Source: Prasinococcaceae sp. CCMP 1430 (lineage: Eukaryota; Plantae; Prasinodermophyta). From it: DNA of 64,000 nt. The notes beneath the pieces were generated by a model. It ran no database searches. It worked only from the letters and a program-made list of their open reading frames with translations, and was not told the DNA's origin. Position 1 is the first letter of the stretch. Each line of letters opens with the position of its first letter. The translations under genes and the position numbers were made by a program. This document shows, piece by piece, positions 1 to 11,918 of this stretch. The DNA lies in NCBI GenBank assembly GCA_013416795.1, contig RQSC01001202.1, positions 1-64,000 on the forward strand, in the 5' to 3' direction.

Positions 1-76
1 CCGCAGCGCGCGCGCGCGCTGTGGCGGCGACAGCGGGCGGGGGGGCGCCGCCGCCGCTTTCGGAAAGGGGGCGCGA

Positions 77-540
77 CACCATCAAAACAAACGCGCTCCG
101 AAGCCCATAACAGACTTTTTTCTTTTATTACATTGCTGTATTATTTATTTATTTATTTATTTATTTTTGTGCACTGTACACGCACTGTCACACTTTAGTT
201 CGGGCGCACCATCAAAACCAACGCGCTCCAAAGCCCGTAACAGACTTTTTTCTTTTATTACATTGCTGTACAGTATTTATTTATTTTAATATGGGGAAAT
301 GGCACCAAGGAAGACTGATATGGGAGTATTTGGCGCAGAGGATGACTGATCTGGGATTCATTGGGACGGGCATGACTGATCCGGAATCAATCGCACAGCG
401 GATGACTGATCCGGGATTTCTGGCCATTTGGGATGACCATCCTGGAAAAACCCTTACTGTATTTATTTATTTTATTTATTTATTTATTTTTGTGCACTGT
501 ACGCGCACTGTACTGTAACACTGAATTCAGTTCGGGCGCA
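77..540. repeat. AT-rich mosaic of duplicated blocks
   Basis: A 64-bp block (CACCATCAAAAC...CATTGCTGTA) occurs at 77-140 and 207-270, offset 130. An (ATTT)n-TGTGCACTGTAC..AGTTCGGGCGCA block occurs at ~150-208 and again at ~470-540. Confidence 0.8.
341..453. repeat. 30-bp-period degenerate tandem repeat (3-4 units)
   Basis: ATGACTGATC(T/C)GG(G/A)AT at 342, 372 and 402, plus a degenerate copy at ~433, separated by variable 11-13 nt. Confidence 0.8.
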
Positions 541-896
541 TTTCATGCCCTTTTATTTTTATTTATTTATTTATTTATTCGTTATTTATTTATCCTCATC
601 GCAGTACGTACAGTACACTTCACATGTACATGTGTTTGCTGCTGTTGCCGTATGAGGAACCTCCGTGCACACAACACAACCGACGTTTTATTTTTCTTTT
701 TCTTTTTTCTTTTTTATTTTGCTGCCGCGCGCGCCATGCGGTTTGACCACCCCGGCGATGCGGATGCGGATGCGCGCGCGCGCCAGAGTTCCCCGCGCGC
801 GCGCTGCCGGCGCGCGCGCGACCGTTTTGGGGGAGGGAGGGAGGGAGGTGTGGGGGAGTTGCTCGACGGGGGGCGGAGGGGCAGGGGGTGCTCGCG

Positions 897-3384
897 ATGG
901 CGACGCTGCCGCGGGCGGCGCGCGCGTCGCCGTCGGTCGGTGAGGACGGCAGGGGGGCGGCGGGCCCGCGCTCCGACTCCAAGGCGTCGCTGCGCTCGCG
1001 GGGCAGCGTGGGCACGATGAGCAGGGTGCGTGGAGGTCCCCCGCCTCGGTGCGCGCACGCTCGCGCACGCGCGCGCGCGCGCGCGCGCGCACCGCCCGCG
1101 TCCCAGCGCGCGCCTCCCGCTCTCGCTCCCGAGCTCCTCGCCGGGGGCTTGGCACGGGGTGCTCCCCTCCGTGGTGCGGGTGGGTGGCGACACCCGCCCT
1201 GCTCCGCGGAAGAGGGTCGGGGCACGGGGAAGGGGGAGCGCGCGCGCGCGAGCGCGCACGCGCTTTCGAGCTCAAGTCTGCGAGCGGGCTCGGGCGAGGG
1301 GCGGGGGATGTAGCCACGCCTAAAGAGCGCACACATCCATCCGCCCTCTCGCTCGCGCGCTCGCGGCCGTGCGCGGCGTCGCGCATTGGGCTGCGCACGG
1401 TCGCCGGGTCTGGCCGCGTGGACGGGGCGCCGCGCTTGGGCGCGCGTCCCCCCCCCGCGCCCGGCGTGCATTGGTCGTGCGCGACGCCGCACGTGCCGGC
1501 GCGCGCCGCGCAGTCGCTAAGTGGGCCCCATGCGCGTTGCATGAGGCCTCCGCGCGAGCAGCTCGTGAGCGGTCGGCTCCCACTGGGCAGGGTGGGAGGC
1601 CGACCATCGGGTGATGCACACGCGCTGACAGACGCCCGTGCACACGCTGCTCGCAGGATGGTACTCGCGTGGGCGAGACGGGCGGTGCAGTTGCTATGGA
1701 CACGCTGTCGGAGGAGGCATCGTTCTCACGTGCGCTGGAAGAGAACCCCTTCGTTTTGCCTCCGGACGAGGAGGTCTTCAAGATGCGCGACGAGGAGAAG
1801 AGGCGCAAGAAGGAGGAGCGCGCGCGCGCGAAGACGCTCAGCGTGCAGGACAAGGTGACCTTCAACTCACGCACAAGCTACAAACACGCCGGGCCCGGGC
1901 CGAGCGGCGCCGATTCGCGGCGGACCAAGCGCGGGGCGAGCATTGGCGCTGCCGGCGATGTCAGCGGCGGTGGGAGCGGTGGCGAGGGTGAGCTGGGCGT
2001 TGAAGGGCTGCCGCCCGATCAACGCCGCCGCTCGAAAGAGAACATGACCGACTTCATCGCCAAGAAACGCGAGATCTTCCTCGTGCAGATGTCGATCGAC
2101 ACCAAGCGCGCAGAAATTCGCAAGCTGGAGGAGAGGGCGCTGCAGAGGGAAGAGGCGCTGCGCAAGTCAGAACAGATGCTTGAGGAGGATGCCCTGCGGT
2201 TCGACGCATTCCTCAAAGAGAACGATGAGAAGGTGCAGGAGGCTATCAAGCGCGCCGAGGTGGAGGCCAAGGCGAAGCAGGACAAGGTGGCGGAGATTAA
2301 GCGCCTCAACGCCGCCATCAGCACCATCCGATCTGAGCTCAACAAGTACGAGGAGCAGCTCGAGGACTGCCGCAAATACAAGGCCTTCCTGGACAGCCTG
2401 ACACCCGCCGAGTGGTTCGAGGAGCAGGAGGAGCTCAAGGCGGCGCGCCGCACCCAGCGCGAGGAGGAGATACTCGCCGAGCGCGAGCGCGCGATGCGTG
2501 AGTGCGCGGAGGACGAAGAGCGGGAGGAGGCCGCCAGCGCCAATGCGCGCGGCATGGAGTACGCGCTCGGCGACGAGGAGCGTGCAGAGAGGCAGCAGCG
2601 TCTGGAGGCCGCCGTGGCCGACATGCGCGCGCGTGGCGTGGACCCGTCCGAGCTCGACGGCGAATCCGTCGACGGCGATGGCGAGGACGAGATGGCCATG
2701 TACTTCAAAGAGCCGCAGCAGCTGCTCGACGTTTTCGCGCAGCTCGAGGAACAGAACCTTTTCCTCATCCAGAATTGCCAGGAGACCGAGGAGGCGCTCG
2801 AGGACCTCAAGGCCAAGTACCACGAGACCAAGACGCGCATGGACTCAGAGACGGATGCACTGAGCTCGCAGATCGAACTGCTGGAGCTCGCCATTAAGCA
2901 GGAGGAGGACAAGGGCAAGGCGCTCGAAATCCGCGCGAGAGAGAGCGGAGACGCGTCGGGGCGCGAGACGACGCTCGAGGAGCTTTCGGCGAAGGTGGCG
3001 CAGGTGTACGTGCAATGTGGCTTCGACAGCGACGCCTCAATCGGCACGCTGCAGATGCTCACCAACATTGAGGCGCGCCTCGAAGAGTGTCTGTCCATCG
3101 TCGACACAATGGACGAGGAGTTCGTCGCGTCCGCCGAAAAGGAGAAGGAGAAGGAGCGCAGGGAGCGCGTGAGAAAGGAGAAGCTCGAGCAGCAACGCCG
3201 CGAATTGGAGAGGCGCATGAAGCGTTCGCTCGAGCGCGCACAGGCGCCCGTACAGAAGAAGGTTGGCAAGCCCGTCATGTTCCGCTCGTACCTGCCGGAG
3301 CGCAAGAAGCGGGTAGACAAGAGCGTCGACAAGGAAAAAAAGGAGGAAGAGGAACTGCTGAACTGGCTCTCGCAGGAATTCTAG
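897..3384 (+). CDS. CFAP100: Cilia- and flagella-associated protein 100 (CCDC37/38, DUF4200; MIA1-type)
   Basis: Motifs ENMTDFIAKKREIFLVQMSIDTKRAEI, LEEDALRFDAFLKEND, YKAFLDSLTPAEWF and KKVGKPVMFRS. Main exon 1657-3384 has a branch GCTGAC at ~1624 and a CAG acceptor at 1656. Putative exon 1 is 897-1025 (donor GTGCGT, phase 0, in frame); that exon is less certain. Confidence 0.85.
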
Positions 3385-3889
3385 CCAGCCAACGCGCGCA
3401 CGGACTACCCCCCACCCACCCCCCCTACCCACGCGCACACGCGTCCCGTACTGCCACCATCGCATTGCGTGAGCACCTGCGTACTACGACGCTCGCCACC
3501 CGGCCGCACGCCACCCGGCCTCGACAGGTCTTGTTTTTTCTAGCGCTCGCGCCCGGGCGCCGCGCCCCGCGGGCACCATGTACACTACTGATGATATTAT
3601 GCCAATATCCTTGCTTGCTTGCTCTCTCGCGCGCGTGCGCGCGTCAGCGCGCTTGCGGTGTTGCACCCTGCCGTTGGTCGCAAACAATGAATTAATTAGT
3701 CTAGGGGAGTGCGTGTAGAGCCACTCGGCGGAGTGCGGCCGAGGGCTGGACTGTACTTCGAAGTACAGAGAGCTCAGTGGGGGTTCTCCCGCAGGGGCGT
3801 AAAGGGCCAGAGCGAAACCATGCCGGTCGGTCCATGCGGCACGCGCGCGCGGTGCGGCGACTTAGTTTCGCGCACCGCCCTGATGCGTG

Positions 3890-5419
3890 TCATGGAAACA
3901 TGTACGAGCCGCTACTCATGGCCTCGCTCGGTGTCTCGGGCGACGGCACCTCGTCGAGGTCACCTAGCTGCTTGACGTAGACCTGCGAGTTCCGCACCAG
4001 GTTGATGCTCTCACGCCTTGCAGGGGGCAAGTCATCAACGTTTGACAGCCGAAAGCCCTTGCCCACGAACCAGTCTGCCGTGCGCGTGGTCAAGACATAG
4101 AGCGTGGATATGCCTCGGTGCCTCGCCTCGGCCTCCAGCCGCGCCAGCATGCGATCGCCCACGCCCCTGCCCTGGTAGGACGGCCTCACAGTGAATGCCG
4201 CCACCTCCCCCGTCCCCTCCGCCCCGCTGTAGTCGTACTCGAGCAGTGCCGCACATGCGATCACCAGCCCCTCGCGCTCCACCACACGCCAGCTTGGCAG
4301 CATGCTGCGCATGTCCTCCTGCGAGCGCTTCACGAGCACGCCGTCCGCCTCCAGCGGGGCGAGCAGCTCGGCGATGCTCTTGAGGTCTGACTCGGTGGCC
4401 TTGCGCATCTTCTGGTAGGCGTCGGAGCTGACCATCATCCCCACCCCATCGCGCGTGTACAGCTCCAGCAACAGCGCGCCCTCCACTGCGCAGTCAAGCA
4501 GGTGCGCGCGGCGAACGGAGCCTTCGACGGCGTACGTAAGCGCAGCGAGCTCGTCGACCGCCAGGCTGTCGCTGCGCGTGTGCGGCCTCGCGACCGTCGA
4601 CGCCACCACGGCGACCTCCCCTTGGTCAGCGTCCCCCGCCGTCTGCATGGAGTCCACGCGCGCTCGCGCTGCGAGCGACGATATCCAACCATTGTCCACT
4701 GGCCCGTCGCGCATGCACACGAGCTTGTCCGCGTGGATCGCCGTCGCGATGGACGTGGCCACGTCGTAGCAGTTGCAGTTGAGCGTCTCTCCCGACGCGC
4801 TGTGCCCGAGGTTGGTGACGAGCACCACGCTGCCCAGCGTGAGTTGCTGGCGGATGCCGTCGACGTCGATGCCACGCACCTCGCCAGTGTGGCCAAAGTC
4901 GACACCCTTGACAACCCCGCGGCGCTTTGCACTGATGTAATTGCCGCCAGCAACGCGAATGCGCGCCGCGAAGGCGTTGTCGTTCACCGAGTTGTTCGCT
5001 TGAAGACCGCTGCCGTTCAAGTCGGCGGGGGCCCCGCCGTTGCTGCCGTGCCTGCGAAAGACGTTGGTCGCTGGCGCCGCGGAGAGCATTGCCTCGACTT
5101 CCATGCGCAGCGCGCCCGCCGCCTCTTTGGCGCACGCGAGCGTGGGCGCGTCCGTAATGCGGTGCGACCCCTCGTACCTCACCTCCTCCCCCCGCTCCAC
5201 CAGCCGCTTGTTGATGGTCGCGCTGGTGCCGAGCACAACGACGACCTTCACGCCGAGGTTGTGCACGAGCGCGATGTCGGCAAGCAGCGCCGAGAGGTGG
5301 TCCGACGCGGCCACCGAGCCCGGGAGCACCAGGACGACAGTCGAGTCGCGGTGGTATTCGATGTAAGGCGCGCCCTGGCGGAACACATCCACCACCAGGT
5401 TCTGCTGCGCGTGCGACAT
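3890..5419 (-). CDS. NAGS: Amino-acid N-acetyltransferase / N-acetylglutamate synthase (AAK + GNAT domains)
   Basis: FRQGAPYIEYHRDSTVVLVLPG, GVDFGHTGEVRGID, LLLELYTRDGVGMMV, TLYVLTTRTADWF, VRNSQVYVK. First ATG at 5419; a transit peptide or upstream exon may be missing. Confidence 0.93.
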   Translation of the reverse strand: MSHAQQNLVVDVFRQGAPYIEYHRDSTVVLVLPGSVAASDHLSALLADIALVHNLGVKVVVVLGTSATINKRLVERGEEVRYEGSHRITDAPTLACAKEAAGALRMEVEAMLSAAPATNVFRRHGSNGGAPADLNGSGLQANNSVNDNAFAARIRVAGGNYISAKRRGVVKGVDFGHTGEVRGIDVDGIRQQLTLGSVVLVTNLGHSASGETLNCNCYDVATSIATAIHADKLVCMRDGPVDNGWISSLAARARVDSMQTAGDADQGEVAVVASTVARPHTRSDSLAVDELAALTYAVEGSVRRAHLLDCAVEGALLLELYTRDGVGMMVSSDAYQKMRKATESDLKSIAELLAPLEADGVLVKRSQEDMRSMLPSWRVVEREGLVIACAALLEYDYSGAEGTGEVAAFTVRPSYQGRGVGDRMLARLEAEARHRGISTLYVLTTRTADWFVGKGFRLSNVDDLPPARRESINLVRNSQVYVKQLGDLDEVPSPETPSEAMSSGSYMFP

Positions 5420-6013
5420 GGCGGCGCGCGCCGGCCGCCGCCGCACCGCGACGCGCGGCTTGGCGCTGCACTCGGCGCACTCGCGCCCTCGCGCTCGCTC
5501 GCGCGCGGCCGCGCCGCGCGCGCGGGACCCCGGCCTCCCCTACTCGCTCCCCTTCTCGCGCGCCGCACCTCCTTTCCCCCCTTCCTCCTCCCCTCAGCCC
5601 CCCCACCCCACCCCCTCCCCCTCCCGAGCCCCCGCCCTGCCGGGGGGGCGCTCTGTGGCGGCGCCCCGCGCGCGCGCGGGCGCGGCACGGGGTGTGCCAA
5701 ACCTACCCACGGGAGAGCTCTTCATATCAAAACAAATGCATTTCGTCGAGCGGAGCAACGCACACGCGCTTTCGACCCTAGCTACAGAAGGCCCCCGAGG
5801 CGAGGACCTCGTACCTCACCCAACGCATGGACCCTACAGCAAACAAGTGCATACCCAAACTCGGCCGTGTGCGAGCCTGTGTCGCACCCGAGCGTCGAGC
5901 CTTCTTGGCTGACGCGGGACCTCGGGTGTGCAAGGGGGGGGGGGTCGTGGCCTCGTGAGGCGATGTTAATTAAAGGGCGCGCGCGCGCGCGCGCGCGCGT
6001 GTGTAGGGAGGTC

Positions 6014-7632
6014 TCACGCCCCCCACGCGGCCTTGTGTCGCGCGGTGGGCAGCGCGAGGTGGCCCTTGGTGTACGCGTGGAAGGCCATCTCGGCGCCCAG
6101 CAGCGCGAGCAGCGCCGCGGCCCAGACGGTGGTCGCCCACTGCCAGCCAACGTGCTGGTAGAGCGAGCTGCCCAGCAGCGGCCCGAGCATCTCACCGAGT
6201 GAGTTGGCGCTGTTTATGATCCCCGACACAATGTTGACGCCGTCGTCGCCCAAATCGGCGACGTTTTGCACCATCGCATCCATGGTGGGCACCAGCGCCA
6301 TGGACTGGCCCACGCCGGCGGCGGCGAGCGAGCCAACGAGGAACCAGAGCGCCTTGGGTGGCTGGCGCGCGCCCAGCAGCGGGCTCGGTCCCATCGCCAA
6401 GAAGGCCAGCGCGAGCAGCGTTACGCCGCAGAGCATCACCTTGCGGGCGCCGTGTCGCCGAGCGTCCGCCGCCAGGCCTGCGGCGGGCGCCGTGGCTGTG
6501 TACGTGAGCGAAACCGTAAAAAACAGCAGACCGATCACGCCCTCGTTGACGTGGTCGCGTGTGCCGAACGCCGGCTCCAGTGTCGGCTCGAGGAACGCGT
6601 ACGCCGAGTTCGCCGCCACGCAGATGCCCGCCACCACCATCACGCCCGAACGCCGCGTCACGAGGCGGAGGGCGCGCAGCCCTCCAGGCGCGCCCTCATC
6701 GCCCTGGCCGCCCACCCCGGTGCTCACGCGCGCGTCGGGAGGCACGAACCTATGCAGCACGCCCATCACCGCCAGCGGCAGCAGCCCCATCACCACGAAC
6801 GGCGCGCGAAAGCCCCCGAACATGAAGAACCAGCCGCCGAGCGGCGGGCCTATCATGAAGCCGAGCCCCGTCACTGTTTCAGACACGCCCAGGTATAGGC
6901 TTAGCCTGTCCGGGAAGAGCGCGGCCGTGAGCGAGTACGACGCCGTCTGAGTGCACGCGGCGCCGAACCCTTGTACCATGCGGAGGAAGACGCTCATGAA
7001 CACGTACGTGTACGGCGCGCGCACGTCAACGACGAACGCGAAAGCCGCCGTGGAAATTGCGAGCGTCGTCAGGCCGGAGTACAGCATGCGACGCCGGCCG
7101 AAGGTTGTCAGGCGTGCGCCCAGCAGCGGCGAGGCCACGAAGACGACCTGAGGCCGCGACGTGCGCGGGGCGGCTGCGCGTCAGTGCCGACTCGGAGCGT
7201 GCGCCAGGGCTAATGTCGAGCTCGCGGTAAAATGCGCAACACCACCCTGCGTATGGCGTGAATGAGCGCCGATGCCGATCGCGCGCACGGCCACGGCGCT
7301 CCCGCGCCAGTGGTACGAGGGTGTGTGTGCTCACACGCACTCGCACTCGCACGAGCGCGCCCACTCGCACGGTCACGGGCACGCGCGCGCGAGTGCATCG
7401 TGGGCGTGGCGCGGCTCACCGTCGCGAATACGGCGAAGATGGTCCCTACTGTGGCATCTTGTAGGCCCATCTCGCGGGCGGCGCGCGGGAAGAACGGCGC
7501 GAGGAGCGAAAACGTCGCCGCAGCCGCCGCGTCGCTCAGCGCGAGCCCAACGAATGCGATCTGCCTTGCGCGCAGCGGCAGCGCCGCGAGCTCCCAGCCC
7601 GGCGCATCGGCGCGGCCCGCGTCGCCGGCCAT
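6014..7632 (-). CDS. MFS transporter, SLC18B1-like
   Basis: Exon 1 7632-7420 (FSLLAPFFPRAAREMG), GT-AG intron 7419-7148 with CTGAC branch, exon 2 7147-6014. About 12 hydrophobic helices; FLRMVQGFGAA and GFMIGPPLGG motifs. Confidence 0.85.
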
Positions 7633-8547
7633 CCCGGACGCAGCACCCCAGGCGGCCGTCGCCACCGCTGGGCCTGCTCCCGCTCCCGCACCCGCTCCTG
7701 TGCCGCAACCACACGCACACCCCGCACCGCCCGACACGTCGCCTCCTGCCACCCTCCCACAACCCCGCCCTATCCGGAACGTGTGGACGCGCGTCGGCCC
7801 GCCAGCGCGGGCCGCGCGGCACGCGCCCGGGCATGCCCNNNNNNNNNNNNNNNNNNNNNNNNNNNNNNNNNNNNNNNNNNNNNCCCCTTCCCCCTCCGCG
7901 CCACCCGCGCTCGCTCGCTCGCTCGCTCGCTCGCTCGCTCGCGCGAGCGCGCCGAAAAAGACAACCCCAAACCCTCAGAACCTCAAACCCTAATGTTTAT
8001 CACAATCCGCCCGCGGGAAAAAAACTGCCGAAACGTGTCAAAATGCATGCGCGGTTCCTGGTTTTTGTGTGTGTGTGTGTTTTGTGGTTTTTTTTTTTGT
8101 TTTCCTGTTTTTTTTTTTGTTTTTTTTTGTGTGTGGCGTTGTTCTGGTGTGCCGGCAGCGAGGTCGTTGTGGAGCAGGGGGATGCCGCGCGCACAGCACA
8201 CGCACACGCACACGCACACACACACGCAGGCGTGCGTGCGGTGGCACTGCGTGCGCGCCTGGCGGGCGCGCCTCCCCCCTTTCCGCTTCTCCCGCCCATT
8301 CCTGTGTCCCTCGCGCTCCCGTCCGGGGGGTCGGGAGGGGGCGGGGGGTATGGGCGCGCGCGCGGCGCGGCGCGCGCGCGCGCGCGCGGNNNNNNNNNNN
8401 NNNNNNNNNNNNNNNNNNNNNNNNNNNNNNNNNNNNNNNNNNNNNNNNNNNNNNNNNNNNNNNNNNNNNNNNNNNNNNNNNNNNNNNNNNNNNNNNNNNN
8501 NNNNNNNNNNNNNNNNNNNNNNNNNNNNNNNNNNNNNNNNNNNNNNN

Positions 8548-11500
8548 GCGCTCGGCGGCGGCGGCGGCCGCGGGGGCGGACGCCGCCGAGAGGCTGCTCG
8601 CGGGGGGCGGGCGCACGCTGCTGCAGCACGGCGAGGGCGCGGCCGTGGAAAACCCTGAGCTCGAGGTCGATGCGGGCCTCGAGGCAGACCTCGAGGCGGA
8701 CCTGGAGGGCGGGCTCGCGCACAAGCGCCCCGGGCGACGCCTCACGCGCTGGTCGATGGAGCCTCACGAGGACGGCCACGACGGCGCAGCGGGCGCGATG
8801 GGCGCCGCCGATGGCGCGGTAGGCCGCAGGCTGTTGGCAGGGCGGAGCGGGGCGTCGCTCACCGGCGCGGTTGGCGCGTCGGCGCTGTGGGAGCGCGGCT
8901 TCAGCGGACAAGGCGTGCGCACGGGCGTCTTTGACACGGGCGTGCGCGCCGACCACCCGCATCTGCGCAAGATCAAGGAGCGCACCAACTGGACGCACGA
9001 GCCCACGCTCAATGACGGCCTGGGCCATGGCACCTTCGTCGCGGGCGTGATCGCCGGCCAGGATGACCAGTGTCACGGCTTCGCGCCCGACGCGGAGATC
9101 TACACCTTCCGCGTGTTCACGAATGACCAGGTGTCTTACACCTCGTGGTTTCTAGACGCGTTCAACTACGCCATCGCCACCGAGATAAACATCGTGAACC
9201 TGTCGATCGGCGGGCCTGACTACCTTGACGTGCCCTTCGTGGAGAAGGTCAGCGAGGTGACCGCCAACGGCATCATCATGGTCAGCGCCATCGGCAACGA
9301 CGGCCCCCTGTACGGCACGCTCAACAACCCCGCCGATATGATGGACGTCATCGGCGTGGGTGGCATCGACTACTCGGACCACATCGCATCGTTCTCCAGC
9401 CGCGGTGTCACCACCGAGGAGCTGCCGCACGGCGCGGGCCGCCTCAAGCCCGACATCGTCACGTACGGACGCGACGTGTCGGGGTCCAAAATCCAGGGCG
9501 GCTGCAGGTCGCTCAGCGGCACCTCTGTGGCCTCCCCGGTGGTCGCCGGCGCCATCACGCTCCTCGCCTCGACCGTGCCCGAGGCATACCGATGGGACAT
9601 TCTGAACCCCGCGTCCATGAAACAGGCCATCGTCCACACCGCAACCAAGCTCAGGGGGCCGCCCATGACCGAGCAGGGTGCGGGAAAGATCAACATCGTG
9701 GGCGCGGCCGCGTACCTCGCCGAGTACACCCCGCGGGCAACCATCCATCCAGCGATGCTCGACACTACCTCGACAAGCTGCCCGCAGACCTCGTATTTCT
9801 GGCCGCACTGCAAGCGCGCACTGTACGCGACGGGCATGCCTGCCGTGTACAATGTCACCGTGCTCAATGGCATGGGCCTGACCGGCGTCGTGGCCGGGGA
9901 GCCGCGCTTCGTGCCCAAGGACTCGGCCTCGCGTGACGTCATCGACGTCGACTTCACTTTCTCGGACGTTCTTTGGCCGTGGACGGGCTACCTCGGCATG
10001 CATGTGAGCGTGCGCGACGACAAGGGAAACTTCAGGGGAACCGTTGAGGGCACGGTCGAGGTTACCATCGTGAGCCCGCCCCTCCGCGGCAGCAGTACCA
10101 AGAAGGTTTCTGTCGCCAGCATGGAACTCAAGCTGGCGGTGATCCCCACCCCACCCCGCGAGAAGCGCGTGCTGTGGGACCTCTTCCACAACATCCCTTA
10201 CCCGCCGGGCTACGTGCCCCGCGACAACATCGACGCGCGCGGCGACGTGCTGGACTGGCACGGCGACCACCCCTACACCAACTATCACGGCGCGTACGTC
10301 GCCCTCGTGGACGCCGGATTCCACGTCGAATTCCTTGGAAGCTCCTTCATGTGCTTTGACGCCAGCAACTACGGCTCGCTGCTGCTGGCGGACGCCGAGG
10401 AGGAGTACACCCACGAGGAGGTGGCCAAGCTCGCGAGCGACGTCAAGGAAAAGGGGCTCGGGTTAGTGGTCTTCGCCGACTGGTACCAGACGGAGACCAT
10501 GACCAAGATGAAGTTCTTTGACGACAACACTCGCAGCTGGTGGACGCCGATTACCGGCGGCGCCAACGTGCCCGCCCTCAACGACCTGCTCGAGCCGCAC
10601 GGCATCGCTCTGGGCAGCGGCGCTATCACCAATGGCAAGGTCACGGTGGGTTCAACGAGTGCTCCAGTGACCTCGGGAACGGACATCGTGCGCTTCCCGA
10701 AGGGTGGGTACACCTTCTCCTCGAGCGGCAGCTCCGCAACTCGCAAGAGCGCCGGCGGCAGCGGCGCCGGTATCGTCGCCGGCCTGACCGACTCTGGCGC
10801 GGGGCGCGTGGGAGTTTTCGGCGACGCAAATTGCATCGACCTGTCCCACGCCAAGGGCGAATGCAACGCATTCCTCAAGGCGATGATTGGCTACGTCACA
10901 CGCGCCTCGGACGACCTCGTCGCCGGCGCGTCGGCGCTTTCGGCCGACATGGGTTCGATGTCCTCGAATACGGTCTCAAGGACCGATGCGGACTTCGCTC
11001 CCTTTTCCAAGACGCTGGGCAAGCCAGAGGGTGCGCTCTGCGGTATGGACGCGCCGCGTGGTCTGCGCTCCTTCGACCCGCCCCGCAATGCCGCGCTCGG
11101 TTCGCGTGTGGTTGGCGACCTGTCAGGCGTCGACCTCGTCAGCGAAGCCGCGCGCTACAAAGACGAGATTCTTGGACGCATGGCCTCTGCGCGCGCGGGC
11201 TCGAGCTCCGGCGACGCGGCGGCCACTTCAGGCTCGGGCGTGGGTGCGGCTGCTGGGTTGAGCGGCGCGAGCTCGAGCATGACGACCGCCGCGGATGGGG
11301 CAGCCCCGGGCACCACTGGCGCCGCAGGTGCTGCGGACGCGAGCGGCGACGTGGCGTCTGGGCGCGGCGGCGCGTCGATGGTCGACATTGCGCGCGCCGC
11401 TGCCAGCGTGGGCGGAGGTGACGAGCGCGTGACCGGGGACGGCCCGCGTCCCGTCGTCGGGATCGCCGGCGGCGCGGGCAGCCAATCGCAAGGCCCGCTT

Positions 11501-11647
11501 GTGGGCCTACACGCTGGCGGCATTTCGCAGTTGCAGGCGCTGCAGATCGGCGGCGGCGTTGTTGTCGTGCTGCTGTACATGGCTGCGCGCAATCGGAAGA
11601 AACTGAAAGTGGGCGGGGGCAGGCGCCGCGTGGCCAGGCTGTCATAG
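8548..11647 (+). CDS. MBTPS1: Site-1 protease (subtilisin/kexin isozyme-1), 5' end lost in gap
   Basis: Catalytic triad motifs VFDTG, GLGHGTFVAG and SGTSVASPVVAG; LWDLFHNIPYPPGYVPRD; C-terminal TM helix plus basic tail. N-gap 8390-8547 precedes it. Confidence 0.95.
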
Positions 11648-11918
11648 CCGGCCGGAGTCGCGGCGCGGTCCCAATCTATGGCGTGGACACGGACTACACA
11701 GGCGGCACGGCGTGGTGACGCTCGGAGCGCGGGCGCTCGGGAGGAGCACGCTGCCGAGCGCACGCCGCACCCTGCGTGCCGCCACAACCCAACATTGGCG
11801 TGTAAAGAAGATGCATGGTGTATAAGACACGTCACACGCGCACCGTGTCGCGCGCGTGGTGGTTCGTTCGCTCGGAACGGATTGGTTACGTGCGCAGGGT
11901 CTGCCAGCCATCCCAAAC

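Noticed and set aside
341-453. CRISPR array
   Set aside because: Only 3-4 degenerate units with 11-13-nt spacers, no cas genes, and eukaryotic nuclear context.
7963-7996. True telomere or chromosome end
   Set aside because: Only a few degenerate AAACCCT-like units, with genes on both sides.
8069-8547. N-terminus of the 1192-aa S1P ORF as listed
   Set aside because: It spans poly-T, a microsatellite and an N-gap; frame continuity across Ns is meaningless.
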